Shown: positions 1-10,099 of the stretch, one piece after another
Layout of the letters: each line of letters starts with the position of its first letter
How positions within the stretch are numbered: the first letter of the stretch is position 1
NCBI GenBank assembly: GCA_963787445.1
Contig: CAWBCT010000005.1
Span: 128,001-192,000, forward strand
Direction: 5' to 3'
Length of the DNA: 64,000 nt
Source of the DNA: an uncultured archaeon
GTDB taxonomy: Archaea > Micrarchaeota > Micrarchaeia > Micrarchaeales > CABMGC01
The notes under the pieces: generated by a model
What the model saw: only the letters and a program-made list of their open reading frames with translations
Databases searched by the model: none
Told to the model about the DNA's origin: nothing
Translations under genes and position numbers: made by a program

Positions 1-1321
1 CGAGTTCAAGGCAGACCTGCATGACACTCTTGCTTTCGTCGCGTGCCTTGTTCGCTATCTCTGCGGCCTTGGCGTATCCCACGTAGGGATTCAACGCAGT
101 TGCGAGCTCCATGTCCATCTCAAGGTTGCGCCCAATCCCCTTCTCATTCGCCTTTATTCCTTTGACGCAGAGCTTTGTGAAACTCTCAACAGCCTTCGAC
201 AGAAGCTCAATCGAAGAGATTAACTCAAAGGAGGTAACAGGAGTAAATACGTTCAGTTCAAGCTGCGCGGCTGCTGCAGATGTTCTTACTGCGTGGTTTG
301 AGCCCATGACATGCATGCAAACCATGCCAAGCATCTCCGCCATGCTGGGATTTATCTTGCCCGGCATTATCGATGAGCCCGGCTGCACCGCGGGCAGGAC
401 AAGCTCGTTGAGTCCGGCGCGCGGGCCGGAGCCCATCAACCTGAGATCGTTGCAGATTTTTGTGAGGCAGATTGCGCACATCTCCAGCACACCGGCCACG
501 TGAAGCTGGTCTGTGCGGAACGACATGTTTGTGAAGATATCCCTGTTGGTTATCCTCACCTTGAGCTCCTTGCTGAGCTCGCTTATCATCTGCTTTGTGT
601 AGGCATCTCCGGCGTTTATCCCGGTTCCGACCGCTGTCCCGCCGATTGGAACGTTAAGCAGATTCTGTGCGCTCCACTTTGCATCTTCGATGCAGCTCTT
701 AACTGCACCGGCGTAGGCCTCGAACTCCTCCCCAAGCCTTATGGGCACAGCATCCTGAAGATGCGTCCTGCCGACCTTGACTAGCGTGTGAAACTCTTTT
801 GTCTTCTTATTTAATTCCGTTTCAAGCGCTTTCAGTGCCGGGATGAGCTGCGTTGTGGTAAGCCACCAGAGGGTAAGGTTCACAGTTGTCGGATAGGTGT
901 CATTTGTCGACTGCGACATGTTGACATGGTCGTTAGGGTGGACGATCTTGTAGTTGCCCTTCTTCCCTCCGAGAATCTCTATGGCCCGGTTGGCTATTAC
1001 CTCATTAACATTCATGTTGATGCTCGTGCCTGCGCCTGACTGGAAGACGTCGATCTGGAACTGGTCGCGGAACTTTCCGTCCATTATCTCATCCGCGGCC
1101 TTCACGATTGCGTTTGCCCTTCTCTTGTCGAGCTTCCCGGCCTTCAGGTTCGCCATCGCTGCGCACTTCTTCACGATTGCGTAGCCGTAGATCAGGTACT
1201 GGCTTGTGGCGATGCCTGAGATCCTGTAATTGTCAAGCGAGCGCTTGGTCTCGGAGCCGTAGTAGGCCTCGCTCGGCACGTTTACATATCCTATTGCATC
1301 CTTTTCGCGTCTGGTTTTCAT
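1..1321 (-). CDS. fumC: Class II fumarate hydratase (fumarase/aspartase family), 3' end beyond window
   Basis: Manual translation (absent from ORF track): MKTRREKDAIG..HPNDHVNMSQSTND..GRTHLQDAVP..GSSIMPGKINP; SD GGTGT 4 nt before ATG; follows sdhB. Confidence 0.9.
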   Translation of the reverse strand, partial: MKTRREKDAIGYVNVPSEAYYGSETKRSLDNYRISGIATSQYLIYGYAIVKKCAAMANLKAGKLDKRRANAIVKAADEIMDGKFRDQFQIDVFQSGAGTSINMNVNEVIANRAIEILGGKKGNYKIVHPNDHVNMSQSTNDTYPTTVNLTLWWLTTTQLIPALKALETELNKKTKEFHTLVKVGRTHLQDAVPIRLGEEFEAYAGAVKSCIEDAKWSAQNLLNVPIGGTAVGTGINAGDAYTKQMISELSKELKVRITNRDIFTNMSFRTDQLHVAGVLEMCAICLTKICNDLRLMGSGPRAGLNELVLPAVQPGSSIMPGKINPSMAEMLGMVCMHVMGSNHAVRTSAAAAQLELNVFTPVTSFELISSIELLSKAVESFTKLCVKGIKANEKGIGRNLEMDMELATALNPYVGYAKAAEIANKARDESKSVMQVCLEL

Positions 1322-1329
1322 GGTGACAC

Positions 1330-2301
1330 CTATTCTTTATCCGAATTAAGATAACTCTTTGCGGTCTCCGCCTTAAGCAGCTGTATCGCTGTTGCAGGAT
1401 CGACTCCCTTCGGGCAGACGGCAGAGCATGCGCCCGCATACTCGCAGCCCCAGAGCCCGCTGAGCCTGTCGACCGCCTTTATTCTTTCAACTCCCTTCTG
1501 GTCGCGGTTGTCCTTGAGATATCTGTAGGTTTGGGCGAGCGCCTGGGGTCCTGTGAACTCGGCGTTGGTGTTGACCACGGGGCAGGCGTCATTGCAAAGC
1601 CCGCACATTATGCAGTATGAATAGGGGAGAAACTCGCTTATCTGGTCGGGCTTCTGGTCGTAGACGCTCTTCGCACTCAGCTGCTCCTTCTTGTCCTTCC
1701 TGTACAGCACCGGCTCCACCGAGCTGTGCTTGCCGAAGAACTCCCTGAAGTCGGTGACCAGGTCCTTGAGCATCGGGTGCGCCTTCATCGGCCCGACGGT
1801 TATCCTCCCGTTCTTTGAGCAGGCGAGCGCGCCCGACTCGCAGGCGAGCGCCGGCTTTCCGTTAATCACAACGCCGCAGGAGCCGCAGATTCCCATCCTG
1901 CAGCTGTACCTAACGGCGAGCGAGGCGTCCTTCGTGTGCTTCACCTCGATGAGCGCGTCAAGGACGGTTGTGAACCGGTCTGCCGGGACCTTGTAGGATG
2001 CGGCCTTCATCGTTTTTGTCGAGGCGTCGAACCGGTCTACAGCAACCTCCACGTAGCCCTGTGTGGGCTCTACGTTTTCTAGGTGCTTCTCATACCTTAT
2101 GCTTTCCCTGGAGGCAGGGCCTGCAAACACCTCCATGAAACCCAGGAGCCCAAAAACCACCAAGTCAAGGGCGATAAGGGAGAGTATTGGGATGGCGTAT
2201 GCCTGCGCGCCGAAGAGCGAGGAGAGAAGGAGGATGAAAAGCAGCAACGGCAGGGCTCCCATTGCGACGTATATGAGCACGTTGGGTTGGGGTGCGCGCA
2301 T
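1330..2301 (-). CDS. sdhB: Succinate dehydrogenase/fumarate reductase Fe-S subunit with N-terminal 2-TM extension
   Basis: CRMGICGSC..C, CIMCGLCNDACP and CEYAGACSAVCP motifs; start placed at the ATG overlapping the upstream stop (TGATG). Confidence 0.93.
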   Translation of the reverse strand: MRAPQPNVLIYVAMGALPLLLFILLLSSLFGAQAYAIPILSLIALDLVVFGLLGFMEVFAGPASRESIRYEKHLENVEPTQGYVEVAVDRFDASTKTMKAASYKVPADRFTTVLDALIEVKHTKDASLAVRYSCRMGICGSCGVVINGKPALACESGALACSKNGRITVGPMKAHPMLKDLVTDFREFFGKHSSVEPVLYRKDKKEQLSAKSVYDQKPDQISEFLPYSYCIMCGLCNDACPVVNTNAEFTGPQALAQTYRYLKDNRDQKGVERIKAVDRLSGLWGCEYAGACSAVCPKGVDPATAIQLLKAETAKSYLNSDKE

Positions 2302-2708
2302 CAGAACCACTTCCACAATGCGATTAGAAACAATATAAGCCATAGCGCAAGCGCCGCATAGGGCAATATACGGAACGCCATGCCCGGCCTCTCGCTCTTC
2401 TGGAGCGAGTTGAGGAACGACTCGTTCATGGTCTTTGAGCTGCGACCTTTCGTCATGACCAGCGCAAGGACCTTGACGATCGCATACAGCTGCGGCGCGA
2501 AGAGTATCCAGACGGCCAGCAGCAGCGCCTTGAGCACCAGATAGGAAAGGGGAGTTTGCAACACGATGTACGCAACTGCGGAAATTGCGGTGATGAACGA
2601 GACAAAGATAAGAATCCTGAAGAAGAGCATTTGCACCAGCGAGGGCTTGTCGAAGCCGTAGAGCCTGAAGATATTTTTCTGACTTCCTCTCAGGTCAACC
2701 GGCTCCAT
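2301..2708 (-). CDS. 3-TM membrane protein, probable atypical complex II anchor subunit
   Basis: GGTGATCCC-ATG start at 2708; 135 aa, three hydrophobic segments, no His; lies between sdhA and sdhB. Confidence 0.7.
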   Translation of the reverse strand: MEPVDLRGSQKNIFRLYGFDKPSLVQMLFFRILIFVSFITAISAVAYIVLQTPLSYLVLKALLLAVWILFAPQLYAIVKVLALVMTKGRSSKTMNESFLNSLQKSERPGMAFRILPYAALALWLILFLIALWKWF

Positions 2709-2716
2709 GGGATCAC

Positions 2717-4441
2717 CTAGTACTTCCTCTCCTCCGGCTGCCACTTGGTCACCCTGACCGGGAGATAACCTATGGCGCTGCCCTTGCTTCCTTCGCGGCT
2801 GATGAGCGTGTGCTTCATCCAATTCTTGTCATCCCTCTTCGGATGCTCGAGGACGTAGTGGGAGCCGCGGCTCTCCTGCCTGTTGAGCGCACACTTTGCG
2901 ACCGCCAGGGAGAGGTCCAGCAGGTGGCCTATCTCTATCACATCGCGCAGGTTGGTGTTGAAGGTGCTGCCCCTGTCCTGCAGGTAGATGTCGGCGAACT
3001 CCTTCTCCAGCTCGAGTATCTTCCTCATCCCCTCCTGCATCTGCCTGACCGATTTGTAAACGTAGAAGTGAGTGTCCATGATTAAGGAGAGCGCCTTCTG
3101 CAGGTCGTACGGGTTGTTCTTCCCGTCGCTTTCGAGCAGGCGGGCAATGCGCGCACGTTCGCCGTCGAACGGGTCCTTCTTTGCCTGGCCGGCGACCTTG
3201 GCTGCGTGCTCGGCGGCCTCGACTCCGGCGATTCTGCCCCAGACCGCGCACTGGCTCAGCGAGTTGCTGCCAAGCCTGTTTGCGCCGTGCACGCTCACGC
3301 AGCCGCACTCGCCTATCGCCCACACTCCAGGAAATGCGGATCCCCTGGAGGAGAGCACCCGGCCGTGTAGGTCGGTGTGTATGCCGCCCATGGTGAAGTG
3401 CGCCGCGGGCCTTACCGGTATCGGCTCCTCGGCGGGGTCTAGCCGCAGGCTCTTCATGCAAATCTCCTTGATCATCGGGAGCCGCTCGTCTATGGACTCG
3501 CCCTTGAGGTGCGTCAGGTCGAGCAGCACGTGTTTGATGCGCGAGTTCCTGTCAACAACGCCCCTGCCCTCATTTATCTCGGTCATTATCGACCTGGAGA
3601 TTATGTCCCTCGGCGCGAGCTCCATCTTTTCCTTCGCGTAGCGCTCCATGAAGCGCTCCCCTTTTGAGTTGAGCAGATGGCCGCCTTCGCCGCGCGCCGC
3701 CTCGGTTATGAGTATCCCGTTGGGCACAAGCGCCGTCGGGTGGTACTGCACGAACTCCATGTCCTTCAGGGCGAAGCCGGCATTGTAGGCCATCGCCGTG
3801 CCGTCCCCGGTGCTCGAGTAGGAGGTGGTGGTGAAGCCGTGGATTCGGGCGTACCCGCCCGTCGCTATTATCAGCGAGTTCGCCGTGAAGACGTGTTCGC
3901 TCCCGTCCTTGAGGTCCAGTGCGTAAACAGAGTTGGCCCCTTTTTGGTGGCTGATGGAGGTTGCCACGTGCTCGTGAAAGATCTCTATGCCGGGCATGCC
4001 CTGCGCCGTGTCGTAAAGCGCGCGCATCATGAAGAAGCCCGTCTTGTCGGCCGCGAAGGCGGTTCTTGGGATGCTCATCCCGCCGAACTTCCTCTCCACT
4101 ATCTCGCCTTTGCTGTTCCTGTTCCAGGGCACTCCGAGGTGCTCGAAGAAGCGGATCTCCTCGGGCGCATGCTTCACTAGAAGCTCCACCGCGTCCTGGT
4201 CGGCAAGGTAATCGGCGCCCTTGACCGTGTCGTAGGCGTGCAGGGCGTAGGAGTCGGCGTCGGTTTTGGGATAAAGGACACCGGAGATCCCTCCCTCGGC
4301 CGAGACCGAGTGGCTCCGCATGGCGTGGAGCTTCGAGACCACTGCTACTCGCGGCTTGCTCCTGGCGTTGGCGGCGTGAATAGCAGCGGTGAAGCCGGCT
4401 ATTCCGCTCCCAAGTACAACTATGTCATAATCGAGCCCCAT
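2717..4441 (-). CDS. sdhA: Succinate dehydrogenase/fumarate reductase flavoprotein subunit
   Basis: GSGIAG, covalent-FAD motif RSHSVSAEGGI, QYHPT, EAARGEGG, HFTMGG, VHGANRLGSNSL, ESRGSH. Confidence 0.96.
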   Translation of the reverse strand: MGLDYDIVVLGSGIAGFTAAIHAANARSKPRVAVVSKLHAMRSHSVSAEGGISGVLYPKTDADSYALHAYDTVKGADYLADQDAVELLVKHAPEEIRFFEHLGVPWNRNSKGEIVERKFGGMSIPRTAFAADKTGFFMMRALYDTAQGMPGIEIFHEHVATSISHQKGANSVYALDLKDGSEHVFTANSLIIATGGYARIHGFTTTSYSSTGDGTAMAYNAGFALKDMEFVQYHPTALVPNGILITEAARGEGGHLLNSKGERFMERYAKEKMELAPRDIISRSIMTEINEGRGVVDRNSRIKHVLLDLTHLKGESIDERLPMIKEICMKSLRLDPAEEPIPVRPAAHFTMGGIHTDLHGRVLSSRGSAFPGVWAIGECGCVSVHGANRLGSNSLSQCAVWGRIAGVEAAEHAAKVAGQAKKDPFDGERARIARLLESDGKNNPYDLQKALSLIMDTHFYVYKSVRQMQEGMRKILELEKEFADIYLQDRGSTFNTNLRDVIEIGHLLDLSLAVAKCALNRQESRGSHYVLEHPKRDDKNWMKHTLISREGSKGSAIGYLPVRVTKWQPEERKY

Positions 4442-4533
4442 ACAAACATTAACAGATAAATGACAAAGGCTAAAAATACTAACTCATCATATAGAATGTC
4501 AAGCCGGGAAATGCGCGCGCAGGCCAGGCGCGC

Positions 4534-5862
4534 ATGGCGACGTCAAAAGGCAATCCGATGGATGAAATAACCTTCTACAACTTTGAAGACGTTGTCCTAG
4601 ACCTCCTTGTCTCAAAGCTCGCCGGGGTGGCGAACGAGCAGGACAGGCAGGCCGCCATAGAGCGCGCGGCGAAGGCGGTTAATCCCGAGATAAGCCACGA
4701 GGATCTGGATCATCTGATTGCAGACCTGAACGACTTCCACCCGATCGAGAACTACATAAACAACGAGGAGGTTGAAGACGTAATGATAAACAACACGAAG
4801 AATATCTTCGTGTACCATGCGGAGAAGGGCAACATCAAGGCGCCCGAAGTGATCGACGACCGCAAGGACCTGGAGCGCCTGGTGAAGAAGTTCAAGATGT
4901 ACGCGACAACCATGGCCGCAAAGCAGAACATCTACGACGTTCACCTCCCAAACAAGTCGCGTGTCAACATAGTCGAGTCGCCGCTTGGCGCCGATATAAC
5001 CATTAGAAACTTCAGGAACAAGGCCATGAGCATAATAGACATGATCAACGGCGGCGAGTTCAGCTACAACATGGCCGGAAGGCTGTGGCTGTATGCAGAA
5101 GGATTGAAGGTGAGGCCGGCAAACCTTGTGATAGGGGGCATGCCAGCGGCAGGAAAGACAACGCTGCTCAACGCGATGTTCAGCTTCTTCAGGCCAGAAC
5201 AGAGGATAGTCACGATAGAGGAGACCTACGAGCTGAACACGGAGACGCAGGAGAACTGCGTCAGGCTTGAGACCAGCACCGACATCTCTTTGCAGGATCT
5301 TGTCCAGAACGCGCTGCGCATGAGGCCCGACCTGGTCATAATCGGGGAGGTGAGGGGTGAGGAGGCGAAGGACATGATGACGGCGATGAACATCGGGAAG
5401 ATCTCCATGACCACGATCCACGCGAGCACGGCGAGGGACGTGATAACGAGGCTCGAGCACACCCCGATGGACGTCGAGAAGGACATAATACCGCTCATAG
5501 ACGCGATAATAATGGTCTCGCAGATAAACAACAACGGGAAGATGCAGAGGAGGATAACCCAGGTGTCCGAGATCTCGGGCATAGAGACGCAGGTCCTGCT
5601 GTCGGACCTCTACCGCTATGACTACAAGACGAACAAGGGCTCGGACATACTTCCTAGCGTAACCTACAGGGACACGCTGGCCTCGCTGACGGGAATACCG
5701 CCCAGCAAGATAATACTTGAGGAGCAGAGGAGGGGCAGGATACTGGAGCAGCTCAACAAGGTGGGCATACGCGGGATGGAGGAGATAAACGAGTTCTGCA
5801 GGGAGTACTATGACAACCCGAACTATGCGATGAAGCGCATAGGGATGACCGAGACCGTCTGA
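4534..5862 (+). CDS. CpaF/VirB11-family type II/IV secretion ATPase (stand-alone)
   Basis: Walker A GMPAAGKTT, IVTIEETYEL, LRMRPDLVIIGEVRG, TTIHA. Confidence 0.88.
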   Translation: MATSKGNPMDEITFYNFEDVVLDLLVSKLAGVANEQDRQAAIERAAKAVNPEISHEDLDHLIADLNDFHPIENYINNEEVEDVMINNTKNIFVYHAEKGNIKAPEVIDDRKDLERLVKKFKMYATTMAAKQNIYDVHLPNKSRVNIVESPLGADITIRNFRNKAMSIIDMINGGEFSYNMAGRLWLYAEGLKVRPANLVIGGMPAAGKTTLLNAMFSFFRPEQRIVTIEETYELNTETQENCVRLETSTDISLQDLVQNALRMRPDLVIIGEVRGEEAKDMMTAMNIGKISMTTIHASTARDVITRLEHTPMDVEKDIIPLIDAIIMVSQINNNGKMQRRITQVSEISGIETQVLLSDLYRYDYKTNKGSDILPSVTYRDTLASLTGIPPSKIILEEQRRGRILEQLNKVGIRGMEEINEFCREYYDNPNYAMKRIGMTETV

Positions 5863-5919
5863 TGAACCTAAAACTTATTATGCGCTCAATCCTAGATAAT
5901 CAGAAGCTGGTGTGACCCT

Positions 5920-6657
5920 ATGCCGAATATCTCCTCGTTTGAAAGCAAGTACGCATCTACCCCGGCGGGCAGGATACACTATCTTGTCAACAAAGGGACT
6001 GGGAAGAAGCTGGTTCTGCTCCACGGCCTCGCCGCAACGGTCAGGAGCTGGACGCGGCTTGTCGCCTATCTGCCCGACGAGATGTACATCTGCATGATAG
6101 ACCTGTTGGGCCACGGTGACTCGGATGCGCCGGAGATTGACTACACGGTGGACCTGCAGAGGAAGTGCATAGATGTGGTCATCAGGGCCGAAGGCCTCTC
6201 GGATTTTTACATCCTGGGCCACTCCTACGGCGGCTGGCTGGCGGCCTCCTATGCAACGATAAATAAGGATGTGAGGGGCCTGATAGTGGAGGACTCGAAC
6301 GGGCTCTCCGCGTTTTTTGACGAGATAGTCGGGAGCGTGCAGCGCGAACAGTACAAGAAGGACCTCCTGAGAAAGGCGCTTGCGTTGGGGGCGAAGGAGC
6401 ACGTCACGAAAAGCATCCTGGCCGACGAGTTCAGCGAGCACATGCTCGATGAGGGGGATCTCCAGAAAATAAAGAGGCCGACGCTCATATTATGGGGAGA
6501 AAACGATGCGGTCATAGACCCAAAGTTCGGGCTGATGTTCAACAAATACATAAAGGGCAGCAAGCTGCAGTTCATAAAGGGCGCAAAGCATACGCCCCAT
6601 TACACAAACCCCGAGAAGGTCGCCGAATACCTGAAAGAGTTCGTGGATAGCACGTAA
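5920..6657 (+). CDS. Alpha/beta-fold hydrolase
   Basis: LLHG, DLLGHGDS, nucleophile elbow GHSYGG, WGENDAV, H-TPH. Confidence 0.9.
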   Translation: MPNISSFESKYASTPAGRIHYLVNKGTGKKLVLLHGLAATVRSWTRLVAYLPDEMYICMIDLLGHGDSDAPEIDYTVDLQRKCIDVVIRAEGLSDFYILGHSYGGWLAASYATINKDVRGLIVEDSNGLSAFFDEIVGSVQREQYKKDLLRKALALGAKEHVTKSILADEFSEHMLDEGDLQKIKRPTLILWGENDAVIDPKFGLMFNKYIKGSKLQFIKGAKHTPHYTNPEKVAEYLKEFVDST

Positions 6658-6724
6658 AAAGTTCGAAGATTTTTATATCTTTACACGCCAATAATTAGCA
6701 CACATACTTTGGTGAGTGTGTCTT

Positions 6725-7681
6725 ATGAGCAGCATAGAGCTTTCCTGGACAGAGAAGTACCGACCCGCCAGGTTAGACGAAGTCATAGGCCAGGAAGCGA
6801 TTGTTGACAAGCTCCACGCCTTCGTGAAGCTGAAGAGCTTCCCGAGCATGATCTTCTCCGGGCCAGCCGGGGTGGGAAAGACCACTTCGGCCATAGCGAT
6901 GGCTAACGAGCTCTACGGGGAGAGCATGAGGGACGCGTTCCTTGAACTTAATGCATCGGATAGCAGGGGAATAGAAGTAGTGAGAGGCAAGGTGAAGGAG
7001 TTCGCAAGGACTATTCCGCTTTCCGGAGGACTTGTAAAGATAATCTTCCTGGACGAGGCGGATGCGCTCACTCCGGAAGCGCAGCACGCGTTGAGAAGGA
7101 CCATGGAGAAGTACTCGGCCACCACGCGATTCATACTCAGCGCAAACTACTCGAGCAAGATCATCGACCCGATACAGAGCAGGTGCGTGGTCCTGCGGTT
7201 CAAGCCGCTCAGCACGGATGACACAAGGAAATATGTAGAAAGGATTGCGAAGGCGGAAAAGCTAAACATAGAGCCGAAGGCAATGGAGGCTCTTCTTTAC
7301 GTGAGCGAGGGCGATCTTAGAAAACTTACAAATATAATGCAAAGCGCTGCGGTTGCGGACGGGAAAATAACCGAGGTTGCAGTATATGATATCGCGGCAC
7401 GCGCACGACCCAAGGAGGTGATGTCGATGCTTCGCTATGCCGTGTCTGGAGATTTTGAAAAGGCCAGGGCTGAACTAAACACACTGGTTCTTGTTTACGG
7501 GATGAGTGGGGAGGACGTACTTATGCAGTGCTACAGGGAGGCACTCAACATGGAGATAGACCCCAAGAAGAAGCTAACCATAATCTCAAACATAGGAGAC
7601 TGCAATTTCAGGATCGTGGAAGGGGCAAACGACAGGATACAGCTTGAGGCAATGCTCGCCAAGATGGCGCTCAAGGGCTGA
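6725..7681 (+). CDS. rfcS: Replication factor C small subunit
   Basis: WTEKYRP, GPAGVGKTT, ELNASDSRG, DEAD, IQSRC; no intein. Confidence 0.95.
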   Translation: MSSIELSWTEKYRPARLDEVIGQEAIVDKLHAFVKLKSFPSMIFSGPAGVGKTTSAIAMANELYGESMRDAFLELNASDSRGIEVVRGKVKEFARTIPLSGGLVKIIFLDEADALTPEAQHALRRTMEKYSATTRFILSANYSSKIIDPIQSRCVVLRFKPLSTDDTRKYVERIAKAEKLNIEPKAMEALLYVSEGDLRKLTNIMQSAAVADGKITEVAVYDIAARARPKEVMSMLRYAVSGDFEKARAELNTLVLVYGMSGEDVLMQCYREALNMEIDPKKKLTIISNIGDCNFRIVEGANDRIQLEAMLAKMALKG

Positions 7682-8839
7682 CTATTTTTCTATAACCTTT
7701 GCGAGTTTTATCGTCCTTGCGACTATTCCCTTTATCTTGTAGGCTTTGTGCATCTGCTTTATGCTCTCAACCGGGACGTTGGTGCTGGGATTCTTCGCGT
7801 TTATCGAGCAGACGTCCTTGTAAGGTTTTATCGAGATGTCGTAGGTTCCTATCTTTCTGGCTATCTCGATTATCTCTGTCTTGTCGAAGCCGATCAGCGG
7901 GCGTAGTATTGGGTGTTCAACGCCGTATCCTTCTGCAAGGAGGTTTCGGGAGGTCTGCGAAGAGACCTGACCCAGGCAGTCCCCGGTGTAGAGGACCGGC
8001 GCATTATTCGCATCCGCGATCTTGTCTGCAACGTGCAGCATGAACGACTTCAGCAATACCGTCTCGCTGCTCCCTGACTTGAGTGCGGCAAGCTGGAACA
8101 GGTTTGCCGGGAAGAGATAGAGTTTGTAATGCTTGTGGTACTCTCCCAGTTTTTCTGCAAGCTCGTTTATCTTTGAGAGCTCCTTGGCGTTGTTGCTGCT
8201 GTAGCCGTGGAAGTGTATGTAAACAGGAAGTATGCCGCGCTTCATTGCATACCATGCGGCAACCGGTGAGTCGATCCCGCCAGACAAAAGAATGACAGCC
8301 TTGCTACCGGTTCCGACCGGCAGGCCGCCGGCCCCCTTGTTGCTCTTGGTGTTGATGAACGCCTTCTCCCTGGTTATGTTTACGTTTACCTCGTTTTCAA
8401 AGCCCTTGCTTCCCCTTATTATGAGCCCTTTCTTCTTCGCCAGGGAGGTCAGCGCCATGTAGACGTCGTTGGAATCGAACTCCAGCTTCTTGTAGGCCCG
8501 ATGCGACTGTATCTTTATCGTGGTCCCCTTCGGGAACTTTGAGATCAGCCTGAGCGAGAGGCTCTTTATCGCCTTTAGCTCGGGCTTCGTTATGTAGGAG
8601 AACTCGAACTTGCTGATCCCGAAGAGATGGGTTAGCTTCTGCATCACTCTTTCCTCGTTGAACCCCTTCTTCGGCGTTAGGATTATCCGGTCGTGCATCG
8701 TCGAGATGGAGACCGCCTCTCCCGATAGCAGCTCGGCAAGGTTCTTCAGGAGCATGGAGATGAAGTGGCCCCGGTTCTTTCCGCGGAGCCATAGCTCACC
8801 GTAATGAACAATAATTAGCCTCTCCGCGGTTTTAGGCAT
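7682..8839 (-). CDS. thiI: tRNA 4-thiouridine synthetase ThiI (THUMP + PP-loop)
   Basis: YGELWLRGKNR, GGLPVGT, LSGGIDSPVA, GQVSSQT, RPLIGFDK. Confidence 0.9.
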   Translation of the reverse strand: MPKTAERLIIVHYGELWLRGKNRGHFISMLLKNLAELLSGEAVSISTMHDRIILTPKKGFNEERVMQKLTHLFGISKFEFSYITKPELKAIKSLSLRLISKFPKGTTIKIQSHRAYKKLEFDSNDVYMALTSLAKKKGLIIRGSKGFENEVNVNITREKAFINTKSNKGAGGLPVGTGSKAVILLSGGIDSPVAAWYAMKRGILPVYIHFHGYSSNNAKELSKINELAEKLGEYHKHYKLYLFPANLFQLAALKSGSSETVLLKSFMLHVADKIADANNAPVLYTGDCLGQVSSQTSRNLLAEGYGVEHPILRPLIGFDKTEIIEIARKIGTYDISIKPYKDVCSINAKNPSTNVPVESIKQMHKAYKIKGIVARTIKLAKVIEK

Positions 8840-8917
8840 TTTAGCGACCTAATTTAGCATACATCTGTTGTAGGCAACGAATATATACCTGAATTGACCG
8901 TATCCTGTTAGGTTTGT

Positions 8918-9616
8918 ATGGCATTGTACAGGCAGAAAACAACCAGCCAAAAATGGGGCGACCGGCTCGCAGTGGGGATACACGAGGCGCGCGACGGGCT
9001 CGGGCTTCTCGTCTCCACCTATCAAAAGCGTTCGAACACGATATTTGAGGACTCGCTAGCAAACGGCAGGGCATTCGAGCCGGCCTCCGTGCTGAGAATA
9101 CTTCCGCGCCTTTACGACTACAACAGGATATTCGACGATGTGGCGGGATTCAGCGTGAAGGAGATGGACGCGGAGGCGAAGGGCTTCATCGAGCTTGCCG
9201 CGGATTCTAACCACCAGGAGATACTCGAGGCCATCGGCGTCGCAAACCTGGCGACCATAGAGATGTACGAGCACATGAGGGAGAAGGGGACGAAGATCTA
9301 CGCCGGCGGCAGGGGCAACGATGAGGAGGTTGAGATACTGGGGAGGATAGACAGCCACAAGCAGTCCCTCGCTCTTGGAGCTACCGAGATCAACTCTGCG
9401 ATGAACTTCCCGACCTTCTTCGAGTATGCCTACGTGTGCCTGAACGAGTCCTCAAGGATCCTGCGAGGCGAGGAGCAGATGGTGGGCAGGTTCGATGACC
9501 GCATCCTGGACGCGGGAATATTCGTGGACAGGTTTAACCCGGAGGCTGAGAAAGAGCTGATTAGGGACACGCTAAGGGCGAACCGGGACAGGCCCGGCGA
9601 GGATCTCCGCCTGTGA
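8918..9616 (+). CDS. Hypothetical protein
   Basis: 232-aa ORF filling the gap between thiI and rpl24e; TATA-like element upstream; no recognised motif. Confidence 0.7.
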   Translation: MALYRQKTTSQKWGDRLAVGIHEARDGLGLLVSTYQKRSNTIFEDSLANGRAFEPASVLRILPRLYDYNRIFDDVAGFSVKEMDAEAKGFIELAADSNHQEILEAIGVANLATIEMYEHMREKGTKIYAGGRGNDEEVEILGRIDSHKQSLALGATEINSAMNFPTFFEYAYVCLNESSRILRGEEQMVGRFDDRILDAGIFVDRFNPEAEKELIRDTLRANRDRPGEDLRL

Positions 9617-9622
9617 GGAGGG

Positions 9623-9769
9623 TTACTCCTTCTCGCGGTACTTCCTGTTGTGCACCTGGTTGAAGCGGTAGCAGCGCTTGCTGCAGTAGTACTTCGCTCC
9701 GCCAGCCTTCTTCACGTAGGCGAACCCGGTCCCGCGTTCAATTTCCTTTAGGCAGTATGCGCACTTCAT
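9623..9769 (-). CDS. rpl24e: 50S ribosomal protein L24e (48 aa)
   Basis: Manual translation MKCAYCLKEIERGTGFAYVKKAGGAKYYCSKRC..; conserved L7Ae-S28e-L24e order. Confidence 0.9.
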   Translation of the reverse strand: MKCAYCLKEIERGTGFAYVKKAGGAKYYCSKRCYRFNQVHNRKYREKE

Positions 9770-9770
9770 G

Positions 9771-10088
9771 TTACTTCGCCATTATTCGCTTGTCCTCTCG
9801 GCTCGTGTCCGGCAGGCGGATCATCTCGCCCTTCTTTATCTTCCCGGCCACGTTCCTTCGGATGACTCGGCCCTTGTCCTTGCCCTCCATGATCTTGCAC
9901 ATCGCCTGCTTTATCTCGCCGTAGATCCCGGTGCGGGCGTTGACCACGTCAACCACCTCGGCCAGGTAGCCCTCAAAGGGCTTGTCCTCCTTCGGCTTCA
10001 CGTCCTGTGAAACAGGCGGAGCGTTGGCAGGTGCGCCCATCCTGGGCCTTCTGACCTCTTGCGGTTGTTCTTCGGTTTTTTCTGGCAT
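9771..10088 (-). CDS. rps28e: 30S ribosomal protein S28e with N-terminal extension
   Basis: AEVVDVV..RTGIYGE..EGKDKGRVIRRNVAG. Confidence 0.9.
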   Translation of the reverse strand: MPEKTEEQPQEVRRPRMGAPANAPPVSQDVKPKEDKPFEGYLAEVVDVVNARTGIYGEIKQAMCKIMEGKDKGRVIRRNVAGKIKKGEMIRLPDTSREDKRIMAK

Positions 10089-10099
10089 TTGGATCACTA

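Noticed and set aside
111-1439. Short ORFs listed over 1-1.4 kb
   Set aside because: They are shadows of fumC on the minus strand, which the track missed because its stop lies outside the window.
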